Assembly (NCBI GenBank): GCA_041664245.1
Contig: JBAYLC010000002.1
Coordinates: 11,593-75,592 of the forward strand
Direction: 5' to 3'
From: Minisyncoccota bacterium
GTDB taxonomy: Bacteria; Patescibacteriota; Minisyncoccia; UBA6257; 2-01-FULL-56-20
Length of the DNA: 64,000 nucleotides
The translations under genes were made by a program, and so were the position numbers. The notes below the pieces were generated by a model. It made no database searches. It was not told where the DNA came from and saw only the letters and a list, made by a program, of their open reading frames with translations. This document shows positions 16,975 to 26,075 of this stretch, piece after piece; position 1 is the stretch's first letter; each line of letters begins with the position of its first letter.

Positions 16975-17595
16975 ATGGAAATAAACGAAAAATTTGGGAT
17001 TTTAGCGAATGAGGAATCGATTCGACGAACAGTTGAGGCGTTAATCAAAAACGGCTTTAGGGCAGAAGTGGCCGAGAATAGTGAAGCGACAAGAAAAAGG
17101 GTATTGGAAATTTTGCCGGCAGGGGCAGAGGTAATGACGATGACATCGGTGACACTGGATACTTTGGGAATTTCAAAGGAAATTAATGAATCGGGAAGAT
17201 TTAATTCAATCAGAGGAAAATTTACCCAAATGGATCAAAAAACTCAAGGATCAGAGATGCGAAAATTGGGAGCTGGACCGGATTGGGTTTTGGGAAGCGT
17301 GCACGCGGTGACGGAAGAGGGGGAAGTGGTAGTGGCTTCCGCTACCGGCAGCCAGTTGCCAGCGTATGCTTATGGAGCGGGAAAGGTGGTTTGGGTAGTT
17401 GGCGCGCAGAAGATTGTTAAAAATTTAGAGGAGGGAATGCAAAGGATAAGGGAATACACTTTGCCCCTTGAGGATGAACGGGCGCAGAAATTTTACGGGG
17501 TTCACAGTAGTTTGAATAAATGGCTGATTTTTGAAAAAGAGGGGAATGCTGATCGGATCACAATAATAATTATTAAAGAAAAACTTGGTTTTTAG
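16975..17595 (+). CDS. LUD domain protein (LutC/YkgG-like)
   Basis: 206 aa; overall LutC/DUF162 pattern. Confidence 0.6.
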   Translation: MEINEKFGILANEESIRRTVEALIKNGFRAEVAENSEATRKRVLEILPAGAEVMTMTSVTLDTLGISKEINESGRFNSIRGKFTQMDQKTQGSEMRKLGAGPDWVLGSVHAVTEEGEVVVASATGSQLPAYAYGAGKVVWVVGAQKIVKNLEEGMQRIREYTLPLEDERAQKFYGVHSSLNKWLIFEKEGNADRITIIIIKEKLGF

Positions 17596-17620
17596 TCGTG
17601 AGGTTTAAGGGAAATAATTA

Positions 17621-17646
17621 ATCCGAGAATTATCTCGGATTTTTTG
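17621..17646 (+). terminator. intrinsic terminator
   Basis: atccgaga-atta-tctcggat plus TTTTTT. Confidence 0.75.
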
Positions 17647-17666
17647 CTACAATTAAGCTAATATTG

Positions 17667-20177
17667 ATGAAATCATCTTCCGTTTTTTCAACTTTTGAGA
17701 GTGTTTTCGAAGAGTTAAAAATAAAAGGGCTTACTTCTTCGGAAGCGGAGAGGCGGCTTAAGGACTACGGAAAGAACGTTATTAATTATATAGAAGAAAG
17801 GGCTTTAATCTTAGAGTTCTTATCAAAGTTTAAGAGCCCGCTTATTATTTTGCTTTTAGTAGCTTCGCTAATTTCCATATTCACCGGGAATGAGGCGGAT
17901 TTTTTTATTATTCTAGCGATGATTTTTATCGGGGTGGTGGTTGATTTCTATCAGGAGCATCAATCTCAGAAGGCGGCGGAAAGATTAAGGGAAAAAGTGG
18001 CAGTTCAGACCAGAGTATTAAGAGACGGCAGAGAGAAAGAAATTTTTATCGCTGATGTGACGGTTCGAGACATCGTGATTTTGGCAGCTGGTGATGTAGT
18101 GCCAGCCGATTTAAAAATTTTATTCTCCCGGGATCTTCATATTGATGAATCGGCTTTAACCGGGGAGTCTTTTCCGGCGGAAAAAGAAGTTAATGATTTG
18201 GGGTTGATGGGGACGAGCGTGGTAAACGGCGAGGGGATTGGTGAGGTTTTGAAGATTGGGCGGGATACGGAATTTGGAAAAATCGGCCAAAAGCTTGTTT
18301 TACAAAAACCGCCGACTGATTTCGAAATTGGAGTCAAGCAATTGGGCTTGTTTATTATGAAGTTAACGGTTGGGCTGACGGCGATAATTTTTGCGACTAA
18401 TCTAATTTTACGGCCCAATTTTTTTGGCGAATCCTTGCTTTTCGCTCTGGCGCTCGCAATCGGCCTCACGCCGGAACTTTTACCGGTTATTGTAACAGTT
18501 AATTTATCCCGGGGGGCGGCGCGAATGTTAAAGAAGGGGGTTATTGTTAAACATCTTCCGGCAATTCAAAACTTTGGCAGTATGAATGTGCTTTGCACTG
18601 ATAAGACCGGTACCCTTACCGAGAATAAAATTAAACTGGAGCGTTACGAAAATTTTCAGACTAAAGATGACGACAAGGTGCTAACTTTCGCTTACCTTAA
18701 TAGTTTTTTCCAATCTAATTTGAAAAGCGCTTTGGAGCAGGCAATTTTAGCTCATAAACAAAAAGTTGATTTAGGAAAATATGAAAAAATAGACGAGATA
18801 CCTTTTGATTTTTTTAGGAAACGCTTGTCGGTTGCGGTTCGAGATAAGAAAAAGACATATTTGATTGCTAAGGGAGCGCCAGAAGAGCTTATTCAAATTA
18901 CTACTTATTATGAGCAGAACGGAAGAATACATAGAGCTGGTAAAGAAATAAAGGAAAAAATATTGGCGAGACATAACGAGCTTAGCGCGCAGGGTTTTCG
19001 GGTTTTAATGGTGGCCTACCGAGTCGTTCCGGGAGATCAAAAAACTTTCGCGAAAAATGATGAGCGAGCTCTGATATTTTTAGGTTTAACTGCTTTTATG
19101 GACCCGCCGAAAGCGGACGTGAAGGAAGTGATCAAAACCTTGCATGAGGAGGGGGTGATGATAAAAATTTTGACGGGGGATAACGAAAATGTAACCAGGA
19201 AAGTTTGTGAAGAGTTAGAGATTCCGATTAGCGGAATCATTTCTGGCGTTGAGCTTGTGAATTTTTCAGAGGAGAGACTAACAGAGGCGGCGCTAAAAAA
19301 TAATATTTTTGTAAAACTAACGCCGGATTTGAAAGAAAGAATTATCTTAGCTCTTAAAAAATCAAAACAGGTGGTGGGTTATTTGGGCGATGGAATCAAT
19401 GACGCGCCATCGCTTAAAGCGGCCGATGTGGGGATTTCTGTTCAGAATGCGGTGGCAGTGGCCCGGGAGGCGGCTGATTTGATTTTAGTGACCAAGTCTT
19501 TACGAGTTTTGCATGACGGAATTTATGAAGGGCGAAGAACATTCGAAAATACAATGAAGTATATTTTTATGAATTTAAGTTCTAACTTTGGGAATATGCT
19601 TTCTATCAGTGTGGCTTCTTTTATTTTGCCTTTTTTGCCGCTTTTGCCCACGCAGATAATTCTGGGAAATTTGATTTATGATTTATCGCAATTAACTTTG
19701 CCGTCGGACAATGTTGACGTTAAAAACCTTAAGCGGCCGCGGAAATGGAATATCGATTTCATAAAAAAATTCGCTTTTACTTTCGGCCCGATCAGCTCAA
19801 TGTTTGATCTTGTAACTCTCGGCGCTCTTTTTTATCTTTTTAATTCTTCGACCGAAGTTTTCCGGACGGGTTGGTTTGTGGAGTCATTGGTTACCCAGTT
19901 GCTTATTGTGGTGGCGATTAGAACCCGAACCGTTCCATTTTTCAAAAGCCGGCCATCGTGGTTTTTTGTGATGAGCGCGGTTTTGGGAGCGGCTCTTATA
20001 ATAGGAATTACCCAAACGGGAATAGGGGGGATTTTCGGATTTAAGAATTTGCCTCCAACTTTCTGGTTGTTCTTGGTAGTCGTGGTGGTAGCGTTTTTCT
20101 TTGTGATTGAAGCGGTTAAACTCAAGTTCTATAAGATCCAGGAAGCTAATAATTTAAAGAAGGGAATTGTGGTATAG
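17667..20177 (+). CDS. mgtA: Mg2+-importing P-type ATPase
   Basis: CTDKTGTLT phosphorylation motif, TGDN, GDGINDAP; 10-TM topology; N-terminal MgtA-like extension. Confidence 0.85.
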   Translation: MKSSSVFSTFESVFEELKIKGLTSSEAERRLKDYGKNVINYIEERALILEFLSKFKSPLIILLLVASLISIFTGNEADFFIILAMIFIGVVVDFYQEHQSQKAAERLREKVAVQTRVLRDGREKEIFIADVTVRDIVILAAGDVVPADLKILFSRDLHIDESALTGESFPAEKEVNDLGLMGTSVVNGEGIGEVLKIGRDTEFGKIGQKLVLQKPPTDFEIGVKQLGLFIMKLTVGLTAIIFATNLILRPNFFGESLLFALALAIGLTPELLPVIVTVNLSRGAARMLKKGVIVKHLPAIQNFGSMNVLCTDKTGTLTENKIKLERYENFQTKDDDKVLTFAYLNSFFQSNLKSALEQAILAHKQKVDLGKYEKIDEIPFDFFRKRLSVAVRDKKKTYLIAKGAPEELIQITTYYEQNGRIHRAGKEIKEKILARHNELSAQGFRVLMVAYRVVPGDQKTFAKNDERALIFLGLTAFMDPPKADVKEVIKTLHEEGVMIKILTGDNENVTRKVCEELEIPISGIISGVELVNFSEERLTEAALKNNIFVKLTPDLKERIILALKKSKQVVGYLGDGINDAPSLKAADVGISVQNAVAVAREAADLILVTKSLRVLHDGIYEGRRTFENTMKYIFMNLSSNFGNMLSISVASFILPFLPLLPTQIILGNLIYDLSQLTLPSDNVDVKNLKRPRKWNIDFIKKFAFTFGPISSMFDLVTLGALFYLFNSSTEVFRTGWFVESLVTQLLIVVAIRTRTVPFFKSRPSWFFVMSAVLGAALIIGITQTGIGGIFGFKNLPPTFWLFLVVVVVAFFFVIEAVKLKFYKIQEANNLKKGIVV

Positions 20178-20254
20178 TTGCCGTTTTTAAAGTAACCCTT
20201 TCGGGCCGTTTTATTTTGTAGATTTAAATATTTTCCATCTTTTGTATAATATAA

Positions 20255-20500
20255 GAAGTTCCTTGAGGTGAGTGTTAACCTTGCCGGTTGGTATGTTTGG
20301 CGGTGGTGGCTGCTGTGTTTTTGGGATTTAACACAAGGACTACCTACGTCATCAGAGGATTACTGATTGAGAGGTTCGTCATCATGAAAAAGTCACTTTG
20401 GGGGATTTTCGTTTCTTAGACAAGACCAAGGATCAAAAGAAACGAAGTGAGCGTAACTGCTCCCTCAGGGGGCGCCATTAACTTGGCGCCCTTTATATTT
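20255..20500 (+). ncRNA. candidate small RNA A (promoter-to-terminator unit, no ORF longer than 12 aa)
   Basis: -10 tgtataat at about 20242-20250; internal 10-bp hairpin ttcgtttctt/aagaaacgaa; ends at the ggcgcc hairpin plus T-run at 20469-20500. Confidence 0.25.
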
Positions 20501-20539
20501 TAAAATTGATTGTAAGAATTTTTTGTTATAAAATTTAGG

Positions 20540-20782
20540 AAGCTACTTATGGAAGTGGCGGAAGTAATAACGCATCTAGGATTGGATAGAGTGGGGATGC
20601 CTATCCTAAGATGATTGGAATTAACCATTGGCCGGAGTTGAGGGATTCTTTATGAATGCCACGATTCACCTTGAGGGTATTGCCACCTAGCACGACGACG
20701 AACGCGAGGGTTGCGAGCGAGTTGGTTTGAAAAAGCCGGCTACCTCCCGAGGCGCTGACGAAAGTCGGCGCCTCTTTTTTTT
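20540..20782 (+). ncRNA. candidate small RNA B (promoter-to-terminator unit, no ORF longer than 21 aa)
   Basis: -10 tgttataaa at 20524-20532; ends at an 11-bp stem with GAAA tetraloop plus T8 at 20749-20782. Confidence 0.25.
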
Positions 20783-21087
20783 CTTGATAATTTTAAAATT
20801 TTTTTGTAGGATATTCTTAAGCAACTTGAGAAGTAAATATTACAGCAATTCAGAGATAGTGAGAGCAAGTTACCCAAGGCGCCTCTAAGAAAGGAGAGGA
20901 GCGTATGATTTTTTTCAAAAATGACGGAGAGAAAATATTGGGATGGTCAAACGAGTCTGTCATTTTCTAGTAAGAAAATCTGGTAACGTAAAGCAGGGTA
21001 AAAATTTTGCTTTTGGCAAAGACCTGGGCTTTCACGCGGAAGGAATTGTGTCTGTTTTCGTAGTAATTAACCGTAAAGGAGGCATCA

Positions 21088-22041
21088 ATGAAGACGCATC
21101 GTCTTCTACTTTGTATTCTCCTTGCGACAATGCTGCTATTTATGGTTCCCGGGATAATGGCCTCACCTGGCTCACATTTCGGAACCGATTCTCAGAGTCC
21201 TGCGGTGTCCTCTAACTCACCGCCGGCTTTGAATAACAGCAACGACCAAGGGAATCTCGTACAGGTTGCCGTTAACGAATCACCGCCGGCTCCGGGCTTT
21301 TGGAACGCGCGAATCGATTCGACTAATGGCTTGAACATGCTCACTGCGCCGCCGAGTAATTCGATGGTTGAGAACCGAATGAACGCAATGGCGAACGCGA
21401 GTGATAAGGACAGGTGTTTGGTGGCGACGGTCAGCGCGAGTATGGTCAGTATGAATGCTAGTTTACTGAATACTCAGGCCGGGCGTTACGAGAAGATTCA
21501 GATGAAGAAGACGGCCAATAGTGAGTCGCCGCCTAATCCCATATGGATGAAGCAGATTGATTCGAATTGGCCAGTGGACGAAGTCGCGATGAATAGCGCT
21601 GTTGGGATTACGAGCCTTCAGGTTACGACATTCGCGATTAGTGACGACGAAAATGCGGTCAATCCGGCCGCGACACGCGAACTGCCACCCGCGCCGATGA
21701 ACTTCGTGGCTGGCAATTCGACGAACATGATGGAAGCCGACAATCTTTCTCAGGAGGTCACAAGGGCAACAGCAATCAGCCGAGCGGGCGTGACGTTGGC
21801 TAATGATATTTTTGGTCGGTCGAACTTCAAGATGGATGCCGTACGAGGATTACGTGGAGCTGGTTTGGTTACTGATGAACGACAGTTCATTTGGTTTCCA
21901 AATACCGGTTTTACGATGTCGACTTTCGCTTTTCTCATCGGCAATGATGAAGCCAAGAAATTCTCTCCGTTTGCGGTTGCTATCAACGGAAACTCCCGAG
22001 CCGGGTTAACCCTGATGATTGGTTGGTGCAACGACGTCTGA
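21088..22041 (+). CDS. secreted Asn/Ser/Ala/Met-rich low-complexity protein
   Basis: perfect SD aaaggagg; canonical signal peptide MKTHRLLLCILLATMLLFMVPGIMA; region is GC-richer than its surroundings. Confidence 0.5.
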   Translation: MKTHRLLLCILLATMLLFMVPGIMASPGSHFGTDSQSPAVSSNSPPALNNSNDQGNLVQVAVNESPPAPGFWNARIDSTNGLNMLTAPPSNSMVENRMNAMANASDKDRCLVATVSASMVSMNASLLNTQAGRYEKIQMKKTANSESPPNPIWMKQIDSNWPVDEVAMNSAVGITSLQVTTFAISDDENAVNPAATRELPPAPMNFVAGNSTNMMEADNLSQEVTRATAISRAGVTLANDIFGRSNFKMDAVRGLRGAGLVTDERQFIWFPNTGFTMSTFAFLIGNDEAKKFSPFAVAINGNSRAGLTLMIGWCNDV

Positions 22042-22129
22042 GGTGCGGCCGACTGCGCTAAGAGTAGTTGGCCAGAGATTGGATTACTTTCGTAATCCAA
22101 TGATGCGGTAATGCATTTAAGGAACTTTG

Positions 22130-22170
22130 CCGCCCGTGATCACGAAAGTGATTATGGGCGGATTTTTTTT
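22130..22170 (+). terminator. strong intrinsic terminator (14-bp stem, GAAA tetraloop, T8)
   Basis: ccgcccgtgatcac-gaaa-gtgattatgggcgg with two G-U pairs, then a-tttttttt. Confidence 0.8.
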
Positions 22171-22176
22171 GGCGAT

Positions 22177-22212
22177 AATACACTATTTTGACGATCGTCA
22201 AAATAGTGTATT
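22177..22212. repeat. perfect 17-bp inverted repeat with 2-nt spacer (AT-rich palindrome)
   Basis: aatacactattttgacg-at-cgtcaaaatagtgtatt, immediately 3' of the rluD stop. Confidence 0.9.
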
Positions 22213-22213
22213 G

Positions 22214-23155
22214 CTACCCTTTGGAGGGTTTATTTATTCTTTTCAAAAAATTTTCTAAATCTTTTGGAAGATTAATTTCTAATTCGATTTTTTTATTGCT
22301 TGGCGAGATAAATTTAAGGTAATAAGCATGAAGAAATTGGCGATTAAGAAGCGAAACGGTTTTTGGACCATAGAGTTTGTCGCCGATTACGGGATGATTG
22401 ATCGCAGAGAGATGAACCCGGATTTGGTGGGTGCGGCCGGTTTGAGGTGAAATCTCAAGGAGGGCAAATTTCTGGCCGAATGTTTTTATAACTTTATATT
22501 TTGTAATGGCTGCGCGGACGGATTTTTTAATTTCGGCGAGTCTTTTGACCGCTACTTTTTTTAGGCGGTTCTTGGTTGAAGGACGAATAGGGTATTCAAT
22601 GACGCCGGATTTTTTTAGGGGGATGCCATCAACTAAGCAGAGATATTTTTTTTCTAAAGAGTGATCGAGAAATTGCTGTTTTATAAATAAAAAAGATTTT
22701 TGATTTTTCGGAATGATAATTAATCCAGAGGTGTCTTTGTCTAAGCGATGGACAATGCCAGGGCGGAGGGGATTTTCGCCGACGGATTTTAATTTTGGAT
22801 AGCGGGCGAGGAGAGCGTTTACTAGAGTTCCCTTGCGGATTTTGTCGGTGGGGTGAGTGATTAAGCCGGCGGGTTTGTTGATGACTATCAGATCTTTGTC
22901 TTCGTAGACAATCTTGAGAGGAATTTTTGGTTCTGGTTTGAGGTCGTCTGGTTTAGATTTTTTAAATATTTTTTCTTCAATTTCTATTTTGTCGCCGGTT
23001 TTAAGAATGAGACTTGGTTTCAAGGCGGTTTTTTGGTTTACCAGAACAAGGTCGGACTTGATAAGCTTTTGGATTTCGTTTCGGGAGAGGGCCTGGAATT
23101 TCTGATGAAGAAATTTATCGAGCCGTTCTTTAGTATTTTCGAAAATTATTTCCAT
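22214..23155 (-). CDS. rluD: RluA-family 23S rRNA pseudouridine synthase (RluD-like) with N-terminal S4 domain
   Basis: HRLDKDTSGLIII catalytic-Asp motif; HQIRVHL. Confidence 0.85.
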   Translation of the reverse strand: MEIIFENTKERLDKFLHQKFQALSRNEIQKLIKSDLVLVNQKTALKPSLILKTGDKIEIEEKIFKKSKPDDLKPEPKIPLKIVYEDKDLIVINKPAGLITHPTDKIRKGTLVNALLARYPKLKSVGENPLRPGIVHRLDKDTSGLIIIPKNQKSFLFIKQQFLDHSLEKKYLCLVDGIPLKKSGVIEYPIRPSTKNRLKKVAVKRLAEIKKSVRAAITKYKVIKTFGQKFALLEISPQTGRTHQIRVHLSAINHPVIGDKLYGPKTVSLLNRQFLHAYYLKFISPSNKKIELEINLPKDLENFLKRINKPSKG

Positions 23156-23238
23156 TTGACTTCGGAATTATGATACCCTAATCTTCTTTCTCACGGCAAC
23201 TTAAGAATTTCATATGGACGGGAAGGAGATGGAAATAG

Positions 23239-23415
23239 ATGAAGAGAATTGATTGGAAATACGTGTTTAGAATGGGAGTTAGCTTGATTATCGCATCGGT
23301 TTTAATTGGTCTTTTTACCGAGAGTTGGAAGAATCTTGGGATAGGACTGATTTTATCAATTGCGCTAACGGTTATAGGAGCGCCATCGAAAACAAAAAAG
23401 GAGCATTAGAAGCTC
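23239..23415 (+). CDS. 58-aa small membrane protein (below the ORF-track cutoff)
   Basis: SD ggaaggag upstream; two hydrophobic helices; ends at a terminator. Confidence 0.4.
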
Positions 23416-23429
23416 CTTTTCGTTTTTTT
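23398..23429. terminator. bidirectional intrinsic terminator
   Basis: aaggagc-attagaa-gctcctt with A-run upstream and T-run downstream. Confidence 0.75.
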
Positions 23430-23434
23430 AGATT

Positions 23435-25732
23435 TTAAAGTTTAACAGAAGTTTTTTTAGATTCCGCCGGAACGGCGTCGATTTCGCAAACACCAGAAAC
23501 ACAAGCGAGTTCTTTAGCACCTTGGGTGAAGTCATCTTTTTCGTAGGCAACAATTTGGGAAAAATCAATTTGCGGGAATTTTTCAACCATCTCTAGATAT
23601 TTTTCTTCGGAGATTTCTTCGTAGGGAGCTAGTTGATAGACGTGATTGTCGCGAGGGAGAAAGGAGAGGCCGCCGATCATGTCCCAATTATCGAAGAGCC
23701 AATTAGAAACGCCAATCCATTCATCATCGCTTACAGAGATGGTGACCGAGGGATTATGCTCGGTGAAATTTTCCTTGACCATTTTCCAGTGCTCGAGTTG
23801 TTCTTTGGCGTTTAGGTCATTTTTGAAGACGCTGTTTTCGGGGGCTTTGACAGGAAATTCAAAAACGAAGGTGCTAGCGGAGCCTGTTGATTGGCCGACT
23901 TCAGGATGATAGGGAACTTTTTGATCTTTTAGCATCTGAAAGAGTGTGTCGGTGGCGGCAATGCGGACTCGGCGGATATAGTATTGAGCATGGCGGGCGT
24001 GACCGCCGGAAGCGGCGTCAACGAGTTGGGAAACGGTACCAGAAGGTTTGACGCAGGTGATGGCGGCGGATTGATTAATTCCAAAACGATGGGCGTATTC
24101 TTTATTTGTTTCAATCGCTTTCTCACGCATTTTTCTTAAAGTATTGTCGTTTCTAACAGCGGGAGAATCCCATTGGCCGGTTATGGAGACACCCAAGAGA
24201 CGTTCTTCTTTGCAATTTTCGTGCCATTCTTTTGAAAGGAAAGGAAAATCAATTAAAGTTGATTGATAGGTGCCGATGATTGTAGCGAGCCGGATTTTTT
24301 TGATCAAAGTTTCTTCGGTATCTTCTGTTCGGCAAACAACTTCGGAAAGATTACAAAATTCTTTGGATTTTAAAACGATTTCGCCGCAGGGGTTAGTGCC
24401 AGAGGTTTGAATATCATCTTTGAATATTTTCCAACGGCGCTCAGGGAGCTGTTTTTCAAGGCCGCCACGGTTAAAAATACCCCGTTCGCCGCTGCCGCTT
24501 TTGGCAAGAGCTAGCCATTCTTCCATAAATTGAGTGGCGCCGGGTTTTTCGTTGTAAACAGCGGAATTATTAGCTAGGGAACGCTGGGGTTCTTTGGCGT
24601 AAAACTGGCCTTTTTTGGCGTCCCGCATTTCTTCGTCATCGAGATCGGAGAGGGAAATTAAGGCGCTGCGGCGGACGCCGCCCATAACAACAACTTCACC
24701 GGTTTTACAAACGATATCGTGGACGTCGATATTGGAAAGCCGTTTGCCTTGCTTGGCTAAGATTTTATATTTGGCGAAATCAAGAAGAGCGTGGAGAGGT
24801 TCCGGGCCAGAGCTGCGGCCGCCCATGGTGCGGAGGCGGGCGCCGGCTGGTCGGATCTTTGAATAATCAAACTCAACATCTTCACCATTCCACCAAGATT
24901 TCATTCCGAAAGTTAAGGCTTCCGCCCAACCCTCTTTACTGTCTTCGATGACGTAGTTTTTTGGTTCTTTCCCGGTTTGTTTTTTGATTTGTGGAAGCTC
25001 TTGGACGGTTTGGCTTTCAACCGAGAAGCCGGCGCCGGTGCCGCACATTAGGATGTACATAATTTCGGCGAAGTCCTCGATTTTTGACGGGGCGATGTAG
25101 GAGCAATTAAAAGCGGAAACGTTAGTGGACTTGGCGGCTTTGCCGGCGGACCACATTAAACGCATTGAAGGCATCGCTTCTTGTTTTAAAATAGCCTCGC
25201 GAATTTCAGAGTATTCTTCGTCTTTTAATTTATCACCCAAATTTTCTCTCATGAAGCCTATATATCGATCAACCGTTTCGATCCAAGTTTCGCGACGGCC
25301 TTCATCTTCGATCCAACGGGAATAGGTGCGGTAATAAATAAATTCCGAAAGAGAATTGCGGAAATATTTTTTGCTTTCGTCGGCTAATTTTTTTATGTGA
25401 TCAGGGATGTCGCGTTGCTGGTTTCGAATTTTTGACCGTTCGTTTCGGTAAATTATGTAGGCCTTGGCAGTTTTAGCAAAATCCATCAGGATAAGCTGAG
25501 TTTCAACAACATCTTGAATATTCTCGATATCAGGGAGCTTTCCGTCGGGATATTTTTTTGAAAGAGAGCTTAAAACTTGCTCAGAAACTCGTTCGGCGTC
25601 CTTGAATGGATCGCCTTCACCAACGGCTTGCATAGCTCGGGAGATGGCGCGGGTGATTCGGCTCTGGTCGAAGGGAACAACTCGGCCGTCCCGTTTTCGG
25701 ATTTCAGTAAAATTATGTTTTTTGGTGAACAT
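23435..25732 (-). CDS. nrdJ: class II (adenosylcobalamin-dependent) ribonucleotide reductase
   Basis: NPCGEI active-site motif; C-terminal CVSGVCE redox pair; 765 aa with a monomeric NrdJ-like layout. Confidence 0.85.
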   Translation of the reverse strand: MFTKKHNFTEIRKRDGRVVPFDQSRITRAISRAMQAVGEGDPFKDAERVSEQVLSSLSKKYPDGKLPDIENIQDVVETQLILMDFAKTAKAYIIYRNERSKIRNQQRDIPDHIKKLADESKKYFRNSLSEFIYYRTYSRWIEDEGRRETWIETVDRYIGFMRENLGDKLKDEEYSEIREAILKQEAMPSMRLMWSAGKAAKSTNVSAFNCSYIAPSKIEDFAEIMYILMCGTGAGFSVESQTVQELPQIKKQTGKEPKNYVIEDSKEGWAEALTFGMKSWWNGEDVEFDYSKIRPAGARLRTMGGRSSGPEPLHALLDFAKYKILAKQGKRLSNIDVHDIVCKTGEVVVMGGVRRSALISLSDLDDEEMRDAKKGQFYAKEPQRSLANNSAVYNEKPGATQFMEEWLALAKSGSGERGIFNRGGLEKQLPERRWKIFKDDIQTSGTNPCGEIVLKSKEFCNLSEVVCRTEDTEETLIKKIRLATIIGTYQSTLIDFPFLSKEWHENCKEERLLGVSITGQWDSPAVRNDNTLRKMREKAIETNKEYAHRFGINQSAAITCVKPSGTVSQLVDAASGGHARHAQYYIRRVRIAATDTLFQMLKDQKVPYHPEVGQSTGSASTFVFEFPVKAPENSVFKNDLNAKEQLEHWKMVKENFTEHNPSVTISVSDDEWIGVSNWLFDNWDMIGGLSFLPRDNHVYQLAPYEEISEEKYLEMVEKFPQIDFSQIVAYEKDDFTQGAKELACVSGVCEIDAVPAESKKTSVKL

Positions 25733-26075
25733 TAATTTATTTTTTTATTGGGGCGACTTTTTGATCTTGCCTTAAAGTTAAAAGGTAAGATTTATTTTTC
25801 TATGAGGTTTCAATTTCCGGGCGACAACATCGGGGTAAAATTTCGTTTCGGTAATTTCTCCAGAAGATCGTAATGTTGCCGTCCGGTTTTGTTGCCGATT
25901 CATTTTACCACAAAGATAAAACTTCTGTGGATAAGATTTTTGTCTAATTTGCCCATTATTTCTAAAATCATTATGATTACGGAATTGAGCCTGATTTTTT
26001 TAGTTATCTATAGAGATCCCCGAGGAGCCTGATGACATTTTTTAAAAATATAGTCAATTTAGTCCTATTGACACT

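Noticed and set aside
20540-20782. tmRNA or RNase P RNA identity for candidate RNA B (prompted by gaaagtcggcgcctc resembling the P4 GGAAAGUCCGGGCUC, and gcacgacgacgaacgcgag resembling a tag reading frame)
   Set aside because: No T-arm/acceptor tRNA-like domain, no tag ORF ending in hydrophobic residues, and the P4-like string sits inside the terminator stem at the 3' end. Left as an unclassified ncRNA candidate
20900-22100. Idea that the GC-rich block is an rRNA fragment, group II intron or large ncRNA rather than a protein gene
   Set aside because: No 16S/23S universal motifs and no domain V-like hairpin. The ORF has a perfect SD, a canonical signal peptide and protein-like codon structure. 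The overlapping ORFs on other frames (20943-21215, 21750-22100, 21803-22009) are by-products of elevated GC
23633-25325. Several 60-87-aa ORFs on the plus strand inside nrdJ
   Set aside because: Antisense to a 765-aa gene with unmistakable RNR motifs
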